Made by a program: the position numbers and the translations under genes
Notes under the pieces: model-generated
What the model was told of the DNA's origin: nothing
Databases searched by the model: none
What the model saw: only the letters and a program-made list of their open reading frames with translations
IMG/VR virus record: IMGVR_UViG_3300020411_000002
Length of the DNA: 64,000 bases
Strand: one strand, 5' to 3'
Origin: a virus
Taxonomy: Duplodnaviria; Caudoviricetes
Part shown: positions 28,238 to 36,883 of the stretch, piece after piece
Layout: each line of letters begins with the position of its first letter
Numbering within the stretch: the first letter of the stretch is position 1

Positions 28238-29818
28238 ATGAGAAGAAGAAAGTCTGCTACCGAGGCAGAAAGCCCACCAGCAAGAAGAACGAGAAAGAGA
28301 AGAAGCTTATCTGCTTTACGCGATAAGACAAAAACTGGTACTCGCAGAAAAGCACCTAGTACGGCAACGCCCTCAGAAGACTCTGTATCTATAGATTCTT
28401 TTGCAGCCGCATCATTAAAACAATATGGTAGCTACGTTGTAGAAGAAAGGTCTATCACTGATTTTCGTGATGGACTAAAGCCCGTTCACCGTTACATTTT
28501 ATGGGCTATGAAGAACCTTGGTTTGAACTCCAAGTCTAAATATAAAAAGTCTGCTCGTACTATTGGTGACGTTCTTGGTAAGTACCACCCTCACGGCGAC
28601 CAAGCTGCTTACGGTGCAATGGCAACTCTAGTTAACTACAAGCTATCTCCACAATTGGTAGATGGACAAGGTAACTGGGGTACTCCTGTTGATAACCAAG
28701 CTGCTATGCGTTATACAGAAGCACGACTTAGCGCAATGAGTGATATCTTTCTATTGGATAAAGGTTATCTTAAAACTGTTCCAATGGTAGACAACTTTGA
28801 TAACTCAGAGAAAGTACCTCTATACCTACCAGCGACCTTACCAATGCTTCTTGTTCTTGGTAGCTCTGGTATAGGCTTTGGTGTTAAGTCTGACAGTCCT
28901 CCGTTTAACATAGATGGAGTATACGAACTTGTTCTGCTTGGATTGAAAGCGTTCAGAGCCAACAAGAAGCTGGGTCCTAATAATTGTGCTAAGCATTTAC
29001 GTATAGATTATTCTTACGGTGGTGTTCAAGTTAGTGAAGACGAAGACGTTGCTAATCTTATCAAGTACGGTAAAGGAAGTATCAAGTTTGCACCAGAAGT
29101 AAATGCAGACTGGAAGAACAAACTGATTGAGATTAAGTCCTTCTCTCCAGGCTTTAGAAGTTCTAATGTTATTCAGAAGAAGCTTGCTAAGTTTGCAGAA
29201 ATGGATGCAGTGTCTAAAGCTGGCGACGATTCAAACGAGAAGAATCCTAAGTCAGGACCTCTTGGTGCTTACTTCTACATAAAACCTGCTCGTGGACTTT
29301 CAGAAGAAAAGTTCTTTGACTTGGCAGAGCAAGTATTCAAAGAGTTGGTATCTAGCGAGTCTTATGATTTAGGCTTTACGGTTCGTAGAGCAGATGACTC
29401 CAACATGTTTGTTAAGTCTAGCTTTGTAACATTCTTCAATAACTGGATCAAGTATCGTGTACAGTTAGAGATTGATTACCTACAAGCCTTAATAGATGAA
29501 TGCTTAACTCAGATAGAAAGAACTGAACTTCTTATCTTTGGTGTAGATAACAGACAAGTAATCATCAAGTCACTAGATAGTAAGGACCCAGATAAGTTCC
29601 TTATTACTAAGCTGAAAATTTCTGCTGAAAAAGCAAAGGCTATACTAGACCTTCAAGTTCGTAAACTTGCTAAGTTAGAAAAGCCAGCACTGCTTCAAAA
29701 GATTAAAGAGTTAAAGGCAGAGATTAGACAGTACAAGCAAGACCAAGAAGATCCAACGCCTAGAATTGCTGCTAAGACAAAAGAGCAATTCAAAGCCTAC
29801 AAGTCCCGTGTTAAATAA
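28238..29818 (+). CDS. gyrA: Type IIA DNA topoisomerase, A (cleavage) subunit lacking the C-terminal beta-pinwheel
   Basis: DGLKPVHR, KSARTIGDVLGKYHPHGD, DGQGNWG, AAMRYTEARL (catalytic Tyr); ends at 526 aa. Confidence 0.92.
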   Translation: MRRRKSATEAESPPARRTRKRRSLSALRDKTKTGTRRKAPSTATPSEDSVSIDSFAAASLKQYGSYVVEERSITDFRDGLKPVHRYILWAMKNLGLNSKSKYKKSARTIGDVLGKYHPHGDQAAYGAMATLVNYKLSPQLVDGQGNWGTPVDNQAAMRYTEARLSAMSDIFLLDKGYLKTVPMVDNFDNSEKVPLYLPATLPMLLVLGSSGIGFGVKSDSPPFNIDGVYELVLLGLKAFRANKKLGPNNCAKHLRIDYSYGGVQVSEDEDVANLIKYGKGSIKFAPEVNADWKNKLIEIKSFSPGFRSSNVIQKKLAKFAEMDAVSKAGDDSNEKNPKSGPLGAYFYIKPARGLSEEKFFDLAEQVFKELVSSESYDLGFTVRRADDSNMFVKSSFVTFFNNWIKYRVQLEIDYLQALIDECLTQIERTELLIFGVDNRQVIIKSLDSKDPDKFLITKLKISAEKAKAILDLQVRKLAKLEKPALLQKIKELKAEIRQYKQDQEDPTPRIAAKTKEQFKAYKSRVK

Positions 29819-29825
29819 AATATAG

Positions 29826-29868
29826 CGGGACAAAACACATTGAGTTCAATATTAATGTGTGATATAAT
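29826..29868 (+). promoter_or_regulatory. Motif-A promoter
   Basis: CGGGACAAAA 29826-29835, 27-nt gap, TGaTATAAT with hexamer 29863-29868. Confidence 0.7.
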
Positions 29869-29987
29869 GTTGCAAAGTGTGGTATCTGAAAATCATAATT
29901 TAGAACTATGCTTTTGCAACATCGTACCTTTAAGGTACTTGGGAAATATCCCATTCAAGCTTCGCGCTTTCCAAAGGATAAAATAAT

Positions 29988-31394
29988 ATGACAAAGCAAA
30001 TCGAACTACTCTCGGCGTTAGAGCAGGTCTCTAATCATGTTTTAGATTTTCAGTCTAAACTGAGGGCAGAAAAGTCTCCACTTCGTAAACGCTCCAATGT
30101 GCTTAAAGCACTTGAAAACCTATCAACCGAAGTTACTGTAACTATCGATGTTTCTAAGTCGGTAAAGAACAAGCCACGTTCACTTACAAAACAACTTCGC
30201 TCAGTCTTGCATTGTATAGACGCTATACATCACGGTATACTTGAAAAAGAACTATCGTTTAATGAAGCTCGTACTATGTCAGGGTTGACCCTCTTAACAC
30301 GTATCCAACGTGTGATCGAATCTTCCCAAACTCTATCAAAAACCAGTGCGTTAGAAGCTAAAGCTCGGTCTAACATCCGTGAGCGTATCTACGCTATGGA
30401 CGAATTAGCTAGTCAGGCATCTGACCAGAAAAACCAAGAAAGTGCTTTCGTTGAAGCATTGAAGAAAGTTACAACTGAAAACGATTCTGATGATATGAAG
30501 GATATGCTTCGGTCAGAAATGGAATCTCTTCAAGAAAACGATGTGGAAACACTAGAGTTAACAAGCCAAAAGGTTCTAGCTTACAAAAAGCACGAACAAA
30601 AACTTCTTACCAAAAGTAGTGCAGACTACAAACGAATGGTTGAGACAGGAACAAGCTTGCCTACAGTTTGCCCTGTATTCGTTTCATTTTCAAAAGGTAG
30701 ACTACGAGAATCCGATGTTCTTAACCAACTCGGTTTTAAGTTTACTAACATATCCACCCGCAGTAGTAACGTTGCTGACGTAGCTTTGATTATAGAAGAC
30801 CAAGTTATTTTGCAGTTTAGCAAAAAGGCAGCACAGGTGTTCTTTGAAAACAAAGTTAAAGCAATGTCTAAAGAGATTACTTCCAGCGATATATCTAAAC
30901 AACTTAAACAAAAGCGTAAGTCTTTGAAGACAACCGTATCTAAGATAGAAAAGTATACAGCAACTTCTTCAAAGATTAATAAAAAGACACAAGCGTTAAT
31001 CGCTGAAAGATTATCAGAATTAACCGCTACAGCCGAAAGCTTAGAGCGAGACATTGAAAAGCTAGAAGCGCAGATAAAGCACAAACGTCACAAGATAACT
31101 TTATTAAAGCGTGAGCTATTCAGAACATCAAACCTTAAAACACAGGAGGGAAAGAAAAGAAAGCTTTTAAACGAGAAAGCTTATGATCAGTATATCGGGT
31201 ATATACTTGGGGAGTTTCATAACAAAGGACACAGCTATTCTCTATTAAGTAGCAAGTATGAAAACCATCCTAGCATATCAGACGTACTGATAGCTTGGTT
31301 AGTACCTAGTGAAGTAGCAGACGTTGTAAGATCTCTATATGGCGATCAGAATATCGTTACTAGCTGGGGTCTTCCTTGGAAAGTACATGTCTAA
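29988..31394 (+). CDS. Hypothetical coiled-coil-rich protein
   Basis: 468 aa; AAGGA SD; preceded by a structured leader. Confidence 0.8.
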   Translation: MTKQIELLSALEQVSNHVLDFQSKLRAEKSPLRKRSNVLKALENLSTEVTVTIDVSKSVKNKPRSLTKQLRSVLHCIDAIHHGILEKELSFNEARTMSGLTLLTRIQRVIESSQTLSKTSALEAKARSNIRERIYAMDELASQASDQKNQESAFVEALKKVTTENDSDDMKDMLRSEMESLQENDVETLELTSQKVLAYKKHEQKLLTKSSADYKRMVETGTSLPTVCPVFVSFSKGRLRESDVLNQLGFKFTNISTRSSNVADVALIIEDQVILQFSKKAAQVFFENKVKAMSKEITSSDISKQLKQKRKSLKTTVSKIEKYTATSSKINKKTQALIAERLSELTATAESLERDIEKLEAQIKHKRHKITLLKRELFRTSNLKTQEGKKRKLLNEKAYDQYIGYILGEFHNKGHSYSLLSSKYENHPSISDVLIAWLVPSEVADVVRSLYGDQNIVTSWGLPWKVHV

Positions 31395-31980
31395 CACCGC
31401 AAAGACGGTTGTAAACAAGTTACCGCCCGAAACAGATGGTGACTTCACTAAATGTTGTATATGTCATCAATGGACTCGAAACATCCATTGGCATCATACT
31501 ACACCTCAAGCCCTTGGTGGAAAAGATAGCTTGCAGATTCCTATTGACGGAGACTGTCACACAACACTTCACGCAAAAGCAGATGCAGCAGCTTCGTTTT
31601 TGCGAGGAAATAGGAATGAGCCACCAGGCAGATATTGGGACAGTTGGGAATCAGAACAAAGAGCCCAACCATATCTAGAGATATTAGTTAGTGCGTTACT
31701 TAATCCGCCTATATCGGATGGGGAAAAGCGAATTAAGTTGGCGAATCCAGAGGTAGATCTACCGACTCGTGAGTTGTTAGATCGTTTAAAGAAAGATTTG
31801 CCGGGCGTTACTAATATGTCACAAGTTATCGATTATTGCATACATTATACATTAAAAACTAAAGGATACAGCAATGAAGAACTTAATCAACGTACAACTG
31901 CCAGTAAGAGAAATCACGAAGGGATACCTAACGTGTGGGGAATGCGTAGGACTAAACGTAGAAAATCTGATTGGCGGTGA
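31387..31980 (+). CDS. HNH endonuclease-domain protein
   Basis: CCICH...HWHHTTPQALGG...CHTTLH; ATG at 31387 (ORF track starts at 31339). Confidence 0.65.
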   Translation: MSNTAKTVVNKLPPETDGDFTKCCICHQWTRNIHWHHTTPQALGGKDSLQIPIDGDCHTTLHAKADAAASFLRGNRNEPPGRYWDSWESEQRAQPYLEILVSALLNPPISDGEKRIKLANPEVDLPTRELLDRLKKDLPGVTNMSQVIDYCIHYTLKTKGYSNEELNQRTTASKRNHEGIPNVWGMRRTKRRKSDWR

Positions 31981-32788
31981 CGTTAGTAGTTGCTCAGAAG
32001 AAGGGATGATGGCTACAAGCCGTGCATGTCCTAAATTTAAAGCTGAACCATCAATCATTCGCGAAGCTCTCGAAGAAGATGCGGAAGAAGGGTTCAGAGA
32101 AATTGCTAGTTGTGTTAAAGGTATGAATCCGCGTCAGTTAAAAGCTATGGCTGGTGCGTTATTAAATGAAGTTGTTACGCGAAAGAACGGGTTTTATATG
32201 TGGCAGCCTGTTTATATTCGTTTTCGTGGTACAGCAAATGCTAATTACATGAGCAACTTCATGACAGGTCGCGTTGTTAACGCAGACAAAAACACTGTTC
32301 GAATTATCTCAGACGATGGAAAGACTGTCTTACGTTATGCTAACACAGGTCACGAAGGTCCTAGCATATACAGTGTAGAAGCTTTTGCTCCAATCAAAGA
32401 AGCTATGATTGAGAAAGGAAAACGCATTGACCCAAGTGAACGTGAAACACCAAAACGTCTACGTCCAGAAGATATGAAAGATGTAGACTTCAAACTTAAT
32501 TCAGACGGCTTGAACGGTTTGGTAAGCAATGTTGGTAAAGTAGTTCGTTCTAACAAAGTAGCCCGTCGAGCGCGACCAAACGACAACATAATGGACTTAA
32601 CAAAGATAGCGCAATCAATTGAATCTGGAACTGCTAACTATGTTGAAATGTCCGAAGAAACAGGTGAGTACGAACTCGCTTCTCATTCATACAATTCATC
32701 TGCTGCTAAGCGTAAGCCGAAAGGTCGAAGCAAGAATGGCATTAACGAAATTGAGTTGGGTGATTTAGAAGACGGGTTGGAAGATTAA
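31874..32788 (+). CDS. Hypothetical protein with N-terminal Cys cluster
   Basis: CGECVG...CSEEG...ACPKF; basic then acidic C-terminus. Confidence 0.75.
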   Translation: MKNLINVQLPVREITKGYLTCGECVGLNVENLIGGDVSSCSEEGMMATSRACPKFKAEPSIIREALEEDAEEGFREIASCVKGMNPRQLKAMAGALLNEVVTRKNGFYMWQPVYIRFRGTANANYMSNFMTGRVVNADKNTVRIISDDGKTVLRYANTGHEGPSIYSVEAFAPIKEAMIEKGKRIDPSERETPKRLRPEDMKDVDFKLNSDGLNGLVSNVGKVVRSNKVARRARPNDNIMDLTKIAQSIESGTANYVEMSEETGEYELASHSYNSSAAKRKPKGRSKNGINEIELGDLEDGLED

Positions 32789-32791
32789 TAA

Positions 32792-33958
32792 ATGTATAAA
32801 AAGTTCAAGAGTCTGAGTGACCAGATTGTTGAACTGTTAGGAGTTGAGGTGAACAGTAAAGAATTTAATCTTGTGTTCACCTACTGCCTAGAGCATATAT
32901 GTCTTCAAACTCCAATTAAACAGTTTCACACTAATCTGAGTTCCACAATAGATTTCAAAAATCTAGAAGTAACTCCCAGTAAGTTTAGGCTTGCTATAAG
33001 TAAATCTGGATATGTAATTCTAAATATGCGATTCTACGCTATTTATTTGTGTTCCAGTAGAAAGGTTTTACGACCTGTTGTCTATGATTTCTATCGCTGT
33101 CAATTCAATATAGATAAACAAGATTGTGAAACACTAAGATATATGCTAAGTAAAAAGGTGTACGGTGATTCGTCGTTGCGAACTGTTATTCGTTCTATGT
33201 ATTCCACAGCCGATACATCGCTATATTCACCTGAGTCAATGAATGCATGTATTGAAGAATTTGGTATGATGCTAGATGATGTATATCGTTTCATCGACCG
33301 AGTAGTAGAGAAGCGTTTAAGATTTATTAAACGCACCTACAATATGACCCATGATGAATTTTCATCGGAGTTAATGTTTAGTGCAATCAAAGCACACTAT
33401 AAATCTAAGCCTAACGATTATCCTTTTGAGAAGTCGTTAAACATTGTGCGTAGAAGTATTGATAATGCGGCAATAAATATTATAAAGCTGTACACTTCTA
33501 ACAAACGTGAAAGACTGGTCAACGAAGGTGAAGACGCAAGCGGAAGTTATGTATTCTCATTGCGTGTAGTATCAGAGAATCAACTTAACTTAAAATCTAT
33601 GACAGGCGATGACATTGACACGCCGTATGATTCAATGTTTAGCTCTACATTCAGACTTAACATGGAACGATCAAAAGACATAGATTTCAGTGTTGACCAG
33701 TTGTTACGTAAGTACGGTGTGTATACAAGGCATGGTAAATTAATCAGCTTGTTTTTCAGAACCGACTGTCCTCTATTTGGCAGTTGGCTTCTCAAAAATA
33801 AATATCTTCGTAGTGAATTAAAATCGACACAGGATTTTATGGATAGCAAAACCCGTGAAGAGCTTTTAGATATTATTAGTAAGTATCTAAACACTACAGT
33901 TGAGTCATTGCTAGAAATATCTCTTCCTAGCATGGCGCGGAAGTTAGGCTTAATGTAA
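32792..33958 (+). CDS. Possible phage sigma-factor-like protein
   Basis: RFIKRTYNMTHDEFSSELMFSAIKAHY...IVRRSIDNAAINIIKLYTSNKR resembles sigma70 region 2. Confidence 0.35.
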   Translation: MYKKFKSLSDQIVELLGVEVNSKEFNLVFTYCLEHICLQTPIKQFHTNLSSTIDFKNLEVTPSKFRLAISKSGYVILNMRFYAIYLCSSRKVLRPVVYDFYRCQFNIDKQDCETLRYMLSKKVYGDSSLRTVIRSMYSTADTSLYSPESMNACIEEFGMMLDDVYRFIDRVVEKRLRFIKRTYNMTHDEFSSELMFSAIKAHYKSKPNDYPFEKSLNIVRRSIDNAAINIIKLYTSNKRERLVNEGEDASGSYVFSLRVVSENQLNLKSMTGDDIDTPYDSMFSSTFRLNMERSKDIDFSVDQLLRKYGVYTRHGKLISLFFRTDCPLFGSWLLKNKYLRSELKSTQDFMDSKTREELLDIISKYLNTTVESLLEISLPSMARKLGLM

Positions 33959-33970
33959 AAGGAAACACAA

Positions 33971-34516
33971 ATGCAAACTCAAACACAGACCTTGTCTCTT
34001 AACCGACCGAGAAAGCTTTATTCGCATCAAGCAGAAGCGTTGTTTCTTCTTACTCTTAATGAGAACGTAGTAGTGTCTATGCCTAATCGCATAGGCAAAT
34101 CTACTATGCACGAAGCTAGTAAAGAAAAAGATTCAAGCACACACGTAGCTAATAAAAATCGTCGAGCTACCGATTCGCAAGCTATAAACAATACTGACCA
34201 TGTTCGGTTTTGTTTGTGGTTGACGTACCAGTTCATTGTAACTAATCAAGATAAGAATTTGCCTGATTCTACAATCATTTGGTTCATGAGAAATAACTTC
34301 AACATTGAATCTAACTTGGTTGTGTCAAGCTTAAAAGCTCTTGAAAACATTTATGCCTGCGTAAATGCCTTTGTTTATAATAATGACAAAAAGTGTAAAA
34401 AGAGATACAACCTACAGAACAAAGATCAGTCTTTGATTATGGAATGGTGTAAGCAGTTTGAAACCCAAATGCCACAGGTTTCTTTTATGAAACAAAAGTT
34501 GGTGTACAAGCAATAA
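33971..34516 (+). CDS. Hypothetical protein upstream of the helicase
   Basis: AAGGA SD; 181 aa. Confidence 0.7.
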   Translation: MQTQTQTLSLNRPRKLYSHQAEALFLLTLNENVVVSMPNRIGKSTMHEASKEKDSSTHVANKNRRATDSQAINNTDHVRFCLWLTYQFIVTNQDKNLPDSTIIWFMRNNFNIESNLVVSSLKALENIYACVNAFVYNNDKKCKKRYNLQNKDQSLIMEWCKQFETQMPQVSFMKQKLVYKQ

Positions 34517-34523
34517 GGCAAAC

Positions 34524-35999
34524 ATGGAACTATATTCTATAGATTCAGAGTTACGATTCTTAAAAACAGTAACGAATCGAAAGATACCAAAATTAAAGCG
34601 ACTGGAATTCCTAGGACGTGTGACTGAATTGACTTTCCATCATGAGTACACGCAACAGGCTTACCGCCGTATAATGAATATGGTACAAAACAAAAACCAT
34701 CTGTTAGAATGGGGAGAGTTGCGCACAGACCAAGCGCTAGATAGAAATGCGCGGGACTTATTTGAGGACACTGATGTAAGTTCTGCTAAAGGTCCTAAGT
34801 CTATGTCTAAGCTGTTAGATGACTTGGAGATATTCAGAAAGCGCCGCATGATTTTCGAACTTGTTACTAATGTTACTGATGACTTTGACGATGACAAAGT
34901 TAGTCCTGATGATATAATTGGTAAGATAAGAACAGAAGTAGGTCGAATAGAGGCTAACTCAGTTGAAGAAGAGACTGTATGGTCTTTTGGTGTAGAAGAC
35001 AACTCTGATGATATCGTTGAACGTGCCTTGTATACTCCGTCTGAAAAACTATTGAAGACTGGTTTTACTGAGTATGATACGCGTAATGGTGGATTGCCTT
35101 CTACTGGTGTCATGATTATGGCAGCAACAACGTCAGGTGGTAAATCTGCTGTATCGATGAACTTAGAAAAGAACATTGCAGCGCTTAACGAAAACGTATC
35201 TGCCTGTAAAGCTACTCTGGAAATGAGTGAAGAGCAAGAGGCGAAACGTGTTATATCAATGGTATCTGGAATTCCTCTAAAGAAATTCAAGTTCAACAAC
35301 TTAACAGAACGTGAGGCATCCAAGGCTAAAGCTGATATGAAAGCATGGCGCGATCAGCTTAAAGCAGTAGGAAGCCGCTTTTCCTTTACGGCTGTTAAAC
35401 GAGCCAGAACCATTGACCAGCTTCTAGCTTGGTTTGTACCTTACGCATTCGATGTAATTATTATCGACTACATATCTCTATTGGAAGGTGTCGATGATGA
35501 CAACCAATGGCGAATGCTATCCGCTATTGCCCGTAAATGTAAAGTTTTCAGTTCGGAGCATAATTGCCTAATCATTCTTCTTGCTCAGTTAGATACTGAA
35601 ACAAGTAAGCTTCGATACTCTAAAGGTATTAAAGAACACGCCGACGTTATGTGGAAGTGGAACTACGCAGACGAAGAGGTTCGTGAAACGCATGTTATTA
35701 CTATCGACATTGATAAAGCGCGTGATGGTGAGTTGTTCCCTATGCCTGTATCTGAGGACTTCTCTGTAATGAGAATCACAGACCCTGATGATGAAGCTAT
35801 GGAACTATATGAAGAAATGAAAGCTAGTAGAAATACCAACAAGCGCAAACGTCAACAAATGAGTGATGATCAGGAAGACAAAGAGAAAGAACGCCGAAGC
35901 AGCCGTCGCAAGCGCAAGCGCGATTCTGATTCTGACGATACCGAACGTTCATCAGGTCGCAGACGTTCTAAATCCAATGACGATATGGTGCTAGTGTAA
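34524..35999 (+). CDS. dnaB: DnaB-like replicative helicase
   Basis: Walker A AATTSGGKS, TLEMS, IIIDYISL (Walker B), LAQL, IDKARDG; Arg/Ser/Asp-rich C-terminal tail. Confidence 0.88.
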   Translation: MELYSIDSELRFLKTVTNRKIPKLKRLEFLGRVTELTFHHEYTQQAYRRIMNMVQNKNHLLEWGELRTDQALDRNARDLFEDTDVSSAKGPKSMSKLLDDLEIFRKRRMIFELVTNVTDDFDDDKVSPDDIIGKIRTEVGRIEANSVEEETVWSFGVEDNSDDIVERALYTPSEKLLKTGFTEYDTRNGGLPSTGVMIMAATTSGGKSAVSMNLEKNIAALNENVSACKATLEMSEEQEAKRVISMVSGIPLKKFKFNNLTEREASKAKADMKAWRDQLKAVGSRFSFTAVKRARTIDQLLAWFVPYAFDVIIIDYISLLEGVDDDNQWRMLSAIARKCKVFSSEHNCLIILLAQLDTETSKLRYSKGIKEHADVMWKWNYADEEVRETHVITIDIDKARDGELFPMPVSEDFSVMRITDPDDEAMELYEEMKASRNTNKRKRQQMSDDQEDKEKERRSSRRKRKRDSDSDDTERSSGRRRSKSNDDMVLV

Positions 36000-36883
36000 T
36001 GCTTGATAATTCAGATTTAAACCCGTATGGATACTTAGGGGACGCAATTGAAGAAGTACCGATATCAGAAGTACATAGGTTAGTTCAATCCAGACCTAAT
36101 GAGTTCATGGATATGAAAAAGCCTTTTCGTGGGGTGAAAGTTGTAGACTTTAATACGATTCCTGCTGTCGGTACTGATATAGTTTTCATTGCAGAGCATA
36201 ACAAGAAAATCATTGAGGGTCTTTTAATTCCCAAACGTGAAGAGTCTAGAGCCGTAGAAATCGCTAACGAAATTGATAGAGATAGTGCGGCACGTATAGA
36301 CTTGGACTTGATTAGACAACGCATAGCAGAATCTAAGAAAGGTCACACTCGCGATACAGTTACTCCAAAGCCAAATGGTTTACTTGAAGAGGGCGAACGA
36401 GGTCGTGCAGTTGAGAACATAGTTCCAATAAGTAAAGAAGATATTGAACGTAGTTTTGACTTAACGGAAAAGACTGCAAAGCAAATAGGTGATAGGGTGG
36501 CTAAACATCTTAGCTATCTCATTAGCTTTGATAATGCTGGAAGTTATGTAGAGGCGTTCGCCCGAGACGGATTGGATATTGAATCTGAAATAAATGTAGA
36601 CGATAGCCCACTCCACTTCTTATCGCAGTTGTGTTCTATTGATTCTTTGTACTTTTATCTTAAAAAGATGCGACTCCCAAAAGCCTATAAAGATATGTAC
36701 ATGGAACGAGTTATTCACTACTACGTAGAACGAGCAGCGAAAGACTCGGACAATGCTAGAACCAGTGAGCGTTTGCGCAGACTAAACAACGTCCAAAGCG
36801 CAGCAGGTCAAGTCAAAGAAGACGACAACAAGAATGCTCACGGCTTAGTTAGATCTAGACAAACAAACAGGACTCACTATTAG
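35999..36883 (+). CDS. Hypothetical protein directly upstream of the terminase (small-terminase position)
   Basis: 294 aa; TAATG overlap with the helicase; function from position only. Confidence 0.7.
   Translation: MLDNSDLNPYGYLGDAIEEVPISEVHRLVQSRPNEFMDMKKPFRGVKVVDFNTIPAVGTDIVFIAEHNKKIIEGLLIPKREESRAVEIANEIDRDSAARIDLDLIRQRIAESKKGHTRDTVTPKPNGLLEEGERGRAVENIVPISKEDIERSFDLTEKTAKQIGDRVAKHLSYLISFDNAGSYVEAFARDGLDIESEINVDDSPLHFLSQLCSIDSLYFYLKKMRLPKAYKDMYMERVIHYYVERAAKDSDNARTSERLRRLNNVQSAAGQVKEDDNKNAHGLVRSRQTNRTHY

Noticed and set aside
16864-29818. Calling this a phiKZ-type nucleus-forming phage
   Set aside because: No chimallin, PhuZ tubulin or multisubunit RNAP gene was recognised in this window, and sigma70-type promoters are present. 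It cannot be excluded for the rest of the genome.
31339-31386. Upstream start for the HNH ORF
   Set aside because: It lies inside the preceding gene; ATG 31387 gives a short overlap of the kind seen at other junctions in this window.
25142-35999. Additional inteins or introns in topoisomerase or DnaB, which are common intein hosts
   Set aside because: The motifs are contiguous and the lengths normal, with no Cys...His-Asn splice blocks.
36834-36848. ATG CTC ACG GCT TAG in frame with the terminase, suggesting TAG reassignment or readthrough
   Set aside because: TAG cleanly ends well-defined genes (stops at 16704, 25132, 27187, 51908), and the long conserved genes are intact under the standard code. 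This ATG also has no clear SD. Genome-wide recoding is unsupported.
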